Source: Escherichia phage ManiWeber_Bas99
Direction: 5' to 3' (one strand)
Sequence record: PQ850618.1
DNA length: 64,000 nt
Positions 10,374 through 18,977 of this stretch are shown piece after piece. The notes under the pieces were generated by a model. It did no database searches, was not told the origin of the DNA, and saw only the letters and a list, made by a program, of their open reading frames with translations. Position numbers and translations under genes: made by a program. The first letter of the stretch is position 1. Every line of letters starts with the position of its first letter.

Positions 10374-10702
10374 TGTATCAAATACCACTTGACAGCGTAC
10401 CTAACCAGAATATCAGCTTTAACGTTGACGGTGCTTATTGGCAGCTGCACATATTCGCCGCAATTGAGCACATGTGCGCAGATGTTTACCGCAATGGCGA
10501 ATTGTTGATTCAGGGGGTACGTTGTTTTGGTGGTATACCAATGGTGCCTTATAAATATCTCATGATTGGGTACGGCAACTTTATTTTTGACAGCGTACCC
10601 GATTATGAGCATTTTAACTCTGGCGGCTGTAATTTATATTACATGTCAGAATCTGAGTTGGCTGAATTCCAGAAAACTGCTGAAGCGGAGTTTGCAATTT
10701 GA
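10373..10702 (+). CDS. Hypothetical tail protein
   Basis: 109 aa ORF coupled to the upstream gene. Confidence 0.3.
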   Translation: MYQIPLDSVPNQNISFNVDGAYWQLHIFAAIEHMCADVYRNGELLIQGVRCFGGIPMVPYKYLMIGYGNFIFDSVPDYEHFNSGGCNLYYMSESELAEFQKTAEAEFAI

Positions 10703-11055
10703 CAACTCTAACGATTGAAGTTAATGATAACAATGACCTGTTTCTGCCTGATGGAAGAAATTTGAATATTCTGTCAGGAGAAAAGGCCATGGTACAAGTT
10801 ATCAAGGCGGCGCATCAAATGCGACTTGGTGAAGACTTGTACGATGTTGAAAACGGAGTCGATTATTTAGGCACTGTTTTCAAATCGCCCGTTGATGAAG
10901 ACGGTGCGAGAAAGTCGATTGCAGATGCTATTCTGAAGAAAGCAGACGTTGCCGGAATCGACTCATTGACTGTCACCATCCAAAACGGTATTCTTGGATT
11001 CACCGCTGAAGTGGTGACTATTTATGGCGAACGTATAAAGGTGAGTAATCAATAA
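10699..11055 (+). CDS. Hypothetical tail protein
   Basis: 118 aa ORF with 4-nt overlap upstream. Confidence 0.3.
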   Translation: MTTLTIEVNDNNDLFLPDGRNLNILSGEKAMVQVIKAAHQMRLGEDLYDVENGVDYLGTVFKSPVDEDGARKSIADAILKKADVAGIDSLTVTIQNGILGFTAEVVTIYGERIKVSNQ

Positions 11056-11321
11056 TGGCACAAGTAATTCATTTTGCTAATGGCGTCATGAAATTTGGCG
11101 AAAAATTTGAAGACGCATCGGAATTATTCAAAAAGACTTCAAACCCTGTTGCGGAGAAGAAAGAACAGGTTGAAGAGAAGGCAGTAGAATCGAAAGTTGA
11201 TTTCGATTCAATGAGCGTCTCTGAATTGAAGGCTTATGCAAAGGAACATGAGATTGACATCAAGGGTCTTTCTTATAAGGATGAAATTCTTGCTGCAGTT
11301 AAATCTGCATCTGCGGAGTAA
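11055..11321 (+). CDS. Hypothetical protein with Rho-N/SAP-like C-terminal motif
   Basis: 88 aa; C-terminal ...SVSELKAYAKEHEIDIKGLSYKDEILAAV resembles Rho N-terminal / SAP helix-extended motifs. Confidence 0.3.
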   Translation: MAQVIHFANGVMKFGEKFEDASELFKKTSNPVAEKKEQVEEKAVESKVDFDSMSVSELKAYAKEHEIDIKGLSYKDEILAAVKSASAE

Positions 11322-11323
11322 AC

Positions 11324-11821
11324 ATGGTCAATATTAGTGGATTTGGCACAAGCATTAGAATTGTCGCTCTTCAATCTTTTCCTGTTGGGCTGAATATCAG
11401 TTCTTTTTCTGATGACCAGGATTCGCTAATTATTGAGGAAGTTGAATCAGTAGGTTATCAACTTACTTACGACGGCAGCATTTGCATATACGACAAAGCC
11501 GCCGTCGTTCGCGTATCCATTGCGGTCATTCCAAACACTGAAGATGACATAAATCTTAAGCTTTTATTATCTGCCCGTAAAGGTGGATTCAAGTGGTTGC
11601 CAATTCAGGATGTGACATCAATGCTTATTACATATCCTGACGGTGGAAGGGTGGCATTCTCTAACGGAACAATAATCAGCGGTCCGCTTGGTGACTCCAT
11701 AGAGCAATCAGGCCGTCGCAAGACAAACCGATACACATTTGTGTTTGCCAGCTACGGCGGCGCGCAGAGCACGTCTCAAATTGCCAAGGGCGTGGTGCAG
11801 AGCATATTGGGGTCCATTTAA
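11324..11821 (+). CDS. Tail tube protein paralog 2
   Basis: 165 aa; N-terminal and overall similarity to 9906-10373. Confidence 0.5.
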   Translation: MVNISGFGTSIRIVALQSFPVGLNISSFSDDQDSLIIEEVESVGYQLTYDGSICIYDKAAVVRVSIAVIPNTEDDINLKLLLSARKGGFKWLPIQDVTSMLITYPDGGRVAFSNGTIISGPLGDSIEQSGRRKTNRYTFVFASYGGAQSTSQIAKGVVQSILGSI

Positions 11822-12354
11822 TGGCTATCGATTTACTGTCATATAGTCTATCAAACAGAAGCTTCACGATAAAGAGCTTCAACCTTGGAGAAGTATCCAC
11901 GCTTGGATGGGCCATAGTCAACGTCAAAATAAGACTCCAAGCGAAGATATTCAAAAACCAAAGGGAAGACGGCAGCTATATTGTCGATGGCAGAGTAAAG
12001 ATGCCGCGAATACTCACTGTCACCGTGATAGCGCAAACGAAAAGTGCATCAGATGCAATAGCTAAAATGCTGCAAAACAGGTCGACTATATACACAATTA
12101 ATTCCCGTGGTCTAATATTCGAACGTATGGTGCTGCAAAATAACAACTTCAGCCAGGACGCTGACAATATAACGTCTCAGCCCATACAATTGGTCTTCCA
12201 TGAGATATTAACACAGCAGGATGTGTCTATTCAAACAGCGCAGGCAGGCGACTCAACAGTAATAGAGCGCGGCATTGCATACATAAAAGAAACTTCTGCC
12301 AGCGTCACTGGCGTCGCTACAAAGGTGATGAATGGTATCAAGGGGATGTTCTGA
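11821..12354 (+). CDS. Hypothetical tail protein
   Basis: 177 aa ORF in the tail operon. Confidence 0.3.
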   Translation: MAIDLLSYSLSNRSFTIKSFNLGEVSTLGWAIVNVKIRLQAKIFKNQREDGSYIVDGRVKMPRILTVTVIAQTKSASDAIAKMLQNRSTIYTINSRGLIFERMVLQNNNFSQDADNITSQPIQLVFHEILTQQDVSIQTAQAGDSTVIERGIAYIKETSASVTGVATKVMNGIKGMF

Positions 12355-12914
12355 TGGACTTCGTTTCGATTCTGCTTTCTGGTCAATCTTTGACCATAAC
12401 GAATGAGTCAACAGGTCTTCCTGTCTGGACAAGGCTTTCACCTGTTTCTGCAGAAATAACATCCCCAGCAGAAACAACTCAATTCCCTCTTGCTGGTACA
12501 GCCATGCAGGTTGTCGAAGTATCAAGCACGTCATCAGTAAGCAATTTACAGGCGGCAAAGGTTGTAATGCCAGCCCATATGGCGTTAAACGTAATTTGCA
12601 ATGACCAGTCTACAATTGAAAATATCATAAATTCATTTGATGATGACGAAGTCACATTTTCAATAACTTCACGAAGCATCATTGCCAGTAAAATGTCGAT
12701 GTCCGACGTTGAAATAACCCAGTCAGAAGAAAACTTGAATGGAGTCTCAATAGTAATAACCTTCGAGCAAACGTCATTTAGCATTCAAGGAAGCTTCGAC
12801 CCTAAACAATCTGCAGACGAATCATCAAATGGTGTTGCTATTAAAGAACCAGTCAGTTTGACTACAACTGTGAGTTCGTTATATAATAAAATAAAATCAA
12901 CAGTAGGAATATAA
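12354..12914 (+). CDS. Hypothetical tail protein
   Basis: 186 aa ORF in the tail operon. Confidence 0.3.
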   Translation: MDFVSILLSGQSLTITNESTGLPVWTRLSPVSAEITSPAETTQFPLAGTAMQVVEVSSTSSVSNLQAAKVVMPAHMALNVICNDQSTIENIINSFDDDEVTFSITSRSIIASKMSMSDVEITQSEENLNGVSIVITFEQTSFSIQGSFDPKQSADESSNGVAIKEPVSLTTTVSSLYNKIKSTVGI

Positions 12915-12915
12915 A

Positions 12916-13332
12916 ATGAAGATCACCAACAAACAAACTGGTCGTACAGTAGAAATTAAAATCAGCAAAATGACTGCGATGGAAGGCTGGAATATTCAGC
13001 GTCGCTTTGTCGAATTTGCAATGTCGAAAGACCCTGCTTTTCGTTCAGAGTATACGATGGAAGTGTTGAGCTTCGCAAAAGTCGAGCTTGATGTGGGCCA
13101 AGAAATCCCATTAAGTACTGGTGCACTAATTGACAACCATCTTGGTGACTGGGAAAACCTTAAAGAAGTCTTCGAAGCAGTCCTCATGGAGAACGGTATA
13201 AACCCAGATACTCACGCCGAGCGTGAAGGCTACTGGGAACAAGCTGGCGGCGAAATGGCTGCAGCATTCATCGGCGAATCGATGCGATTAATCGCGCCAT
13301 TCCTCAGCGGCGAGACTCCAAACAAGGGGTAA
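12916..13332 (+). CDS. Putative tail assembly chaperone
   Basis: 138 aa acidic protein immediately upstream of the tape measure gene; call is by position only. Confidence 0.35.
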   Translation: MKITNKQTGRTVEIKISKMTAMEGWNIQRRFVEFAMSKDPAFRSEYTMEVLSFAKVELDVGQEIPLSTGALIDNHLGDWENLKEVFEAVLMENGINPDTHAEREGYWEQAGGEMAAAFIGESMRLIAPFLSGETPNKG

Positions 13333-13335
13333 ACT

Positions 13336-15516
13336 GTGTCTGACTCATTAGAAAAATTTGTGCTTCAATATACGGTGGACTTGAAAGAGTCCATCAATCG
13401 TCTTGAGCAATTGCAAGATAAAGTTGATCAGACAAACAAAAAGGCGAAATCCGCTGGCAAAGATTTCTCTGGAGCATTCAAAGATGTTTTTGGCGAGCTA
13501 AAGCCGCTTACTGGTGAGCTAGGGTCAATTGACGGAATACTTGCGCGGCTGACATATCGTTTTGCCGCGCTCGTTCCTGTTGTCGCAGGATTGGCAGTCG
13601 TCGTCAAATCCATCGTTGATGTTCGAAAAGAATACGAAGCGCAAAGAAAGCTTGGTTTTGAAGCCGGACTCTCTCCAATGGGTGTCGAACAACTACAACG
13701 ACAGTTGAATGAAAGTTCAGGTGGCATCCTTGGCGCACAGGGGTCGCGAGACTTAATCAGCAAAGCTTCTAATCTGGCATTCAATGCATACACCAACCCC
13801 GATGTGATGAACAAGGACAACTTGTTGTTGAACAAGATGGGGACAAGTCCTTTCAACAGTAACGGCGGCATCAAAGACACGAATCAGCTGCTTGATGAAA
13901 TTGGAACAAAGCTGAGAAGTGTTAATGAGCAAACCGCTCGTGCCATTGGTGCTCTGGCAGGTTTTACCGCCGATGAAGTCCGCGCCCTTCGCGAGCGCAA
14001 CCAGTCTGTGAAAGAAAGCACACGCATAAGCGATGAGGAAACGGCAAAGCTGCAGCGCCAACAAGCTGCTCTTGAGACTATACGAAATAGTATGGGGCAA
14101 ATTCAAGAAGATTGGCGACGTATTGAATTGGTCATCGGTGAAAACGTTATGCCTGCATTCTCGACGCTTGTCAGCAAAACCGCCGATACAGTCGAAGGAT
14201 TCCAGATGATGTTCCAAAGAATGTCTGACGGATGGAGCGAATTTGTCGACAATTTCATTGCTGACTTGAAACACCCGTTTGATAAACAGGCGGCTGTTAA
14301 CGAGCGTCACGAGCGTGCCGTTGATAGATGGATCACGCAGATGGCCGAAGGCGATGTGAAACGCCAGAGGAACCAGGAGCAAAACGCAGCTGAACAACGT
14401 TCTGCGCAAGCACTTTTCACTCGCGATATAAACCTGTTTTCAAGCGCCGTTTCAACATTTGCTGGCGTCATTGATGAGCGACAAGCATGGGCTGCATGGG
14501 CTGGTGAAATAGGACGAAGCGCAGGTCAATCTGCCATGCCTGGAACACCAGCACTAAGTACTGGCGCGACCGTAGGCAACAACTTGGGATCAGGCAATCC
14601 GACCGCTTACGACTCAATCTATGAGGAAGCATCCAAGCGTTATGGAATCCCTGTTGCGATGATGAAGGCCGTAACAGAAGTCGAATCTGGATTCAACCCC
14701 AATGCCGTAAGCGGAGCAGGTGCGACCGGACTGATGCAAATCATGCCTTCCAACTTCAAGGGTCTTGGTATCACAGACGGCAACGACCCTAGACAAAACA
14801 TTATGGGCGGCGCTCAACTGTTGAAAGAGTATTTAAACGCTGCCAACGGCGATTGGAATCTTGCGCTGACGATGTATCACGGTGGCTACGACCGCAGCGG
14901 CTGGGGCAAGAATACACGCGCTTATCCTGGAAAGGTCATGGCCGCTCTCGACCGACAATCCAATGGTGAGTATGCCACGGCAGCGCCGCAAGGTGCACCA
15001 GTTACTCCAGTGCTTAGCGGTAGCGGAGCGGAAGCACCAAAGGGCAGCTATGCACCAGTACAAGGCCAATCGCGCCAAACGGTGCAATACAGGCAATTGC
15101 AAGAAGCCATTGCAGGATACCTGAACGTACCAGTTGAGCAGTTGATGCAGGGACAAGTCAACAAAGGCGATATTGACTTTGCTCAAACTTACCTTAAGCT
15201 TGGAACGCAAAGGGATTATATTAAAAACATGCAACTGGCTTCAACTCCAGGTGTAAGACCGAACATTCAAGCCGAAGCGATGAAAAACGCTCGTCTTGCT
15301 GCATTCCAACTTGAAGCATTCCAGAAATACGGCGGCGACCTTTCCGCGAATAGTCGACCTGGTGGGCGTGATATTACTATGGGTCAGAAAAACGTTGTCA
15401 TCAACGTCAACGGCGCTCAAGACCCACGCAGCACGGCATTCGAAACGAAACGAGTGCTTGAACAAGATGATATCAACGACATAAACAACCTTACTGCTAC
15501 ACCTTTGAAGTGGTGA
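13336..15516 (+). CDS. Tail tape measure protein with lytic transglycosylase (SLT) domain
   Basis: 726 aa; GTG start after AAGGGG; coiled-coil-like N-terminal half; SLT motif ...AMMKAVTEVESGFNPNAVSGAGATGLMQIMPSNF. Confidence 0.7.
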   Translation: MSDSLEKFVLQYTVDLKESINRLEQLQDKVDQTNKKAKSAGKDFSGAFKDVFGELKPLTGELGSIDGILARLTYRFAALVPVVAGLAVVVKSIVDVRKEYEAQRKLGFEAGLSPMGVEQLQRQLNESSGGILGAQGSRDLISKASNLAFNAYTNPDVMNKDNLLLNKMGTSPFNSNGGIKDTNQLLDEIGTKLRSVNEQTARAIGALAGFTADEVRALRERNQSVKESTRISDEETAKLQRQQAALETIRNSMGQIQEDWRRIELVIGENVMPAFSTLVSKTADTVEGFQMMFQRMSDGWSEFVDNFIADLKHPFDKQAAVNERHERAVDRWITQMAEGDVKRQRNQEQNAAEQRSAQALFTRDINLFSSAVSTFAGVIDERQAWAAWAGEIGRSAGQSAMPGTPALSTGATVGNNLGSGNPTAYDSIYEEASKRYGIPVAMMKAVTEVESGFNPNAVSGAGATGLMQIMPSNFKGLGITDGNDPRQNIMGGAQLLKEYLNAANGDWNLALTMYHGGYDRSGWGKNTRAYPGKVMAALDRQSNGEYATAAPQGAPVTPVLSGSGAEAPKGSYAPVQGQSRQTVQYRQLQEAIAGYLNVPVEQLMQGQVNKGDIDFAQTYLKLGTQRDYIKNMQLASTPGVRPNIQAEAMKNARLAAFQLEAFQKYGGDLSANSRPGGRDITMGQKNVVINVNGAQDPRSTAFETKRVLEQDDINDINNLTATPLKW

Positions 15517-15520
15517 TAAT

Positions 15521-16393
15521 TTGAAAAAGAGAATCCTTAAAGTCACCTTATCTATGCCGGATGGCACAAGCCAAGTGCTTGATGAAGGATTGATGCTTAG
15601 ATGCCGAATCAAAAAGGCAGCACTTTCCGTGCAAAATAAGGCCACAATCGAAGTCGCAGGATTGACAGGGTACTTGAGAGAGTACCTGCTTTCCAACTTC
15701 ACCGCATTCAACAAACGTCTGCGTGATCAAGGCCAATTGGCGGCGAATTACGTCAACGTAACAATTGAAGCTGGATATAGAGAAGGCAACGTTGTTAGCA
15801 GCAACTTGGTATACAAGGGACAGGTGACGACTGTCGAGATAACAGCGCCGCCGCCGAACATCGTCATACGCATCACTTGCTACACCAACCAGATAAACAG
15901 GACTAAGTTTATCACTCAAGCTGCACCGTCAAACCCAACCTTCAAAGAGTTTGTGGAGTGGTCAGCAAAGCAAATGGATATTGATACTGTTATATGCGAT
16001 ACGTCGATTAACAATCAGCGCCTTGTTAACCCAGGCCGCACAACATATGTTGCAGCAGCCTTGCTGCTTGAGATTCAGAACTATCAAAGGAACTCTATTG
16101 CGGCATATATCGATGATGATACGCTCATCGTCAAGGATAAAGACAAAATTCTGAATCCAGAACAGATAACGGTGATTGAGGAATTTGTCGGAATACCGAT
16201 GTGGAACGAGTGGGGCGCTGACTTCACTTGCATGTATAACGCGGATTTGAAGCTTGCCCAAGGTGTGAAATTCAAATCAGTCTTAAACCCAAGCTTGAAC
16301 GACACCACATTCGTCATCATGCAACTTGAATATGATTTAGCAAGTCGTGATGACATATTTACGGTGACGGGCGGCGTTGCACCATCGGCCTAA
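15521..16393 (+). CDS. Tail/baseplate protein
   Basis: 290 aa ORF directly after the tape measure gene; TTG start. Confidence 0.35.
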   Translation: MKKRILKVTLSMPDGTSQVLDEGLMLRCRIKKAALSVQNKATIEVAGLTGYLREYLLSNFTAFNKRLRDQGQLAANYVNVTIEAGYREGNVVSSNLVYKGQVTTVEITAPPPNIVIRITCYTNQINRTKFITQAAPSNPTFKEFVEWSAKQMDIDTVICDTSINNQRLVNPGRTTYVAAALLLEIQNYQRNSIAAYIDDDTLIVKDKDKILNPEQITVIEEFVGIPMWNEWGADFTCMYNADLKLAQGVKFKSVLNPSLNDTTFVIMQLEYDLASRDDIFTVTGGVAPSA

Positions 16394-16395
16394 AT

Positions 16396-16917
16396 ATGAG
16401 AAAGAATAAAGTAATTGAGTTGTTTGGAGTTACTTATGAAATACATCAATTCAGCGCAATAGATGCGTTTGAAATGGTTGATGCGATAAGCATATTAACT
16501 CCACTTGAATTATTAAGTGAATGTCATGTTATTAAATATGACGGAACTAAAGTCAGGTTGAATTCTGAGAAGGCCATCAGTGAAGAAGTGAAAAGTGTGC
16601 CAAATCACTTGCCGCCCAACCTTGTATTGAAAGTTCTAATGGAAGCGGTAAAGAAGCACAATTTTGGATTCCTCAGTGATTGGAAAGGCACTAAGATTCC
16701 AAATAGATTCTTGGCTGACGTTCCGACCGTGGAGCCTAATTATCTTGAGCCGATGGTTGCAAGCCTAATAAACAATGGTCTTGCTTCGTTAAAAGAATTG
16801 GAAGAATATTATTCATTGCGTGATGCATTCGCCATGTTTGATGGACTAATAGCAAAATCACTTAATGAAGCCTACTCAAACGAAGCTGCCATTAAAGAAT
16901 CAAAGTCAAATCGCTAA
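16396..16917 (+). CDS. Hypothetical baseplate-associated protein
   Basis: 173 aa ORF. Confidence 0.3.
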   Translation: MRKNKVIELFGVTYEIHQFSAIDAFEMVDAISILTPLELLSECHVIKYDGTKVRLNSEKAISEEVKSVPNHLPPNLVLKVLMEAVKKHNFGFLSDWKGTKIPNRFLADVPTVEPNYLEPMVASLINNGLASLKELEEYYSLRDAFAMFDGLIAKSLNEAYSNEAAIKESKSNR

Positions 16918-16974
16918 AATATTGCTTATAGACTCCTTATAGATTATAATTTGTTGATCAGATATAAGGAGTCT

Positions 16975-17703
16975 ATGATGGCAGAAAAGTTAACCCAACT
17001 TACAAGCCCCAACCAAACTGACAAATCAAGTATGTTTGCCGCGCTGCAGGGAATGCTGGACCGTGGCAAGTATACCACTGACGGCATGATTCCTGCACAA
17101 GTAATATCTTATGACCGCAAACAGAATTTAGCAGTCATAAAGCCTGTTATTCATTTCGTAAGTCTTGATGATAGACCAGTGGAGCGTCAACCACTGGTGT
17201 CAATTCCTGTATTGGCAATCGGCGGCGGCGGCTTCGTAATCAACTTTCCTCTGAAAGAGGGTGATTTGGGCTGGATATTCGCTGGCGACCGCGAGTTGTC
17301 GACATTCCTTGAAGAATTGAAGCCGACCGCGCCTACCAATGGCCGCGCGAAAACTTTCGCTGATGGACTGTTCATACCGGATGTATTTAGAAAATACACC
17401 ATAAGCGGAGAGGATGCAGGCTCAATGGTAATCCAGTCACTCAGCGGCGCTGTCCGCATTGCATTAAGTGATGACTCGATAAACATAACTGCATCGGCTG
17501 GAGTAAATGTGAAAACACCAATAACCACTATCGACCAACAATTGATAGTTAATGGAAAGGCAACGTTCAATGGTGGTATAGAAGGGAAAGAAGGAACGAC
17601 GGCAACGCTTCCGACTGGCACAACAATCGGCGGCACAAATGTATCCACTCACGGTCACATAGGTAACGGACCTGGAAACAGAACTGGGGATATGATAGAA
17701 TGA
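16975..17703 (+). CDS. Baseplate central spike (gpV-like) candidate
   Basis: ATG after AAGGAG; Gly-rich C-terminal region with THGH motif; immediately upstream of the J-like gene. Confidence 0.4.
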   Translation: MMAEKLTQLTSPNQTDKSSMFAALQGMLDRGKYTTDGMIPAQVISYDRKQNLAVIKPVIHFVSLDDRPVERQPLVSIPVLAIGGGGFVINFPLKEGDLGWIFAGDRELSTFLEELKPTAPTNGRAKTFADGLFIPDVFRKYTISGEDAGSMVIQSLSGAVRIALSDDSINITASAGVNVKTPITTIDQQLIVNGKATFNGGIEGKEGTTATLPTGTTIGGTNVSTHGHIGNGPGNRTGDMIE

Positions 17704-18971
17704 GTGCACAATATTCTTACATAGTAAGCACTGGTGTAATAACCATCGACACAGCCGATTTGCTGGCTGACGTTCAAAGTGAATGGATTGAGTCATTAGG
17801 GGTCGGGCTTGACGTTGATGCCTCGACACCGCAAGGCACCCTAATCGCGACAGAGACTTTGGCAAGAACTTCAGTCATGAAGAACAATGCCGAGCTGGGA
17901 AGTCTCATCAACCCTAATTATTCATATGGCGTATACCTTGATGCCATCGCGGCGTTGCTTGGTATTGAGCGAACGAAAAACATCAGCACGATGTTGAAAG
18001 GAATTACCGCAGAAGGAACGCCGCTGTTGGAAATTCCTGCTGGAAGTTTGCTGACGGATTCAAACGGTACATACTGGTATGTTCTTGAAGACGTTCAAAT
18101 CACTTCGACTGGCAAGACAGGCAATATGACTCTTGCATCAAAAGAGTATGGCTCATTTACTGTTGCGCCTGATGAAGAGTTTACCGTGGTGCAAGGATAT
18201 GACGTCATCGGATGGTCAAGAACGTATTCAACATCAGCAACGACGACCGTACCAGGTACGCAATACATGGGCGACGGAGCGTTAAAGGCCGCTCGCGTTA
18301 AGCGCCTTTACCAGCAGGGAATTGCATCGCTTGGTGCTATTCGCGCTCGCGCCATGTCGGTCGACGGCGTGGAATCGGTGATGGTCGTGGAGAACGACAC
18401 GGGATTGCCTGGAACGGTGCGCGGCATCACCTTTTCAACGCCTAACGGTGTCTGGGTGTGCGCAAGCGGAACGTTCGATAAGCAAGTTTTTGCTGAGACT
18501 ATTTTCAAGGCAAAGATGGGTGGCCAGCCGTGGGACTTTGGTGCTACCAACCAGGGTGATCCAGTCAACTCGCCTGATGGAATAGAAGTTGTCGACGAAG
18601 AATCGCAACTGTCTTATTTCGTAAAGTTCAACACTGCTGTCATATATGACTTGTATGTCGACATTACTGTTGTAAGAGGCACCGCAACCGCCGATGCCGA
18701 ATCTATTATTGCCGCTGTGTTGAATTACGGTAATGGAAATTTTAACGGCGAGCAAGGATATGCAGTGGGCCAATCTCAATCTTCTTTTGAGATTGCTTCA
18801 GCAGTGTCTTGCGAGTATCCAGGTCTGTACATTAAAGATTGCAAAATTGCAGCAGTAAAAAGCGGACAGGCAGCGCCAAATTATCCATCCGATTACGGCA
18901 GCGAGTGGATTGCCAATCCTTGGGATAAGGCTAATACTATGCGCGGCTTCATCAACGTTAAATTTGTGTGA
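17700..18971 (+). CDS. Baseplate J-like protein
   Basis: 423 aa; 4-nt overlap with the upstream gene; position and size typical of the gpJ/gp47 family. Confidence 0.45.
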   Translation: MSAQYSYIVSTGVITIDTADLLADVQSEWIESLGVGLDVDASTPQGTLIATETLARTSVMKNNAELGSLINPNYSYGVYLDAIAALLGIERTKNISTMLKGITAEGTPLLEIPAGSLLTDSNGTYWYVLEDVQITSTGKTGNMTLASKEYGSFTVAPDEEFTVVQGYDVIGWSRTYSTSATTTVPGTQYMGDGALKAARVKRLYQQGIASLGAIRARAMSVDGVESVMVVENDTGLPGTVRGITFSTPNGVWVCASGTFDKQVFAETIFKAKMGGQPWDFGATNQGDPVNSPDGIEVVDEESQLSYFVKFNTAVIYDLYVDITVVRGTATADAESIIAAVLNYGNGNFNGEQGYAVGQSQSSFEIASAVSCEYPGLYIKDCKIAAVKSGQAAPNYPSDYGSEWIANPWDKANTMRGFINVKFV

Positions 18972-18977
18972 GGAACT

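Noticed and set aside
12916-13336. Programmed frameshift in the tail assembly chaperone upstream of the tape measure gene
   Set aside because: No overlapping extended ORF or obvious slippery heptamer was found at the 3' end of 12916-13332; it cannot be supported from the sequence.
13753-14409. 218-aa minus-strand ORF inside the tape measure gene
   Set aside because: Antisense to a well-supported gene with an SLT domain, inside a unidirectional + operon; no RBS context.
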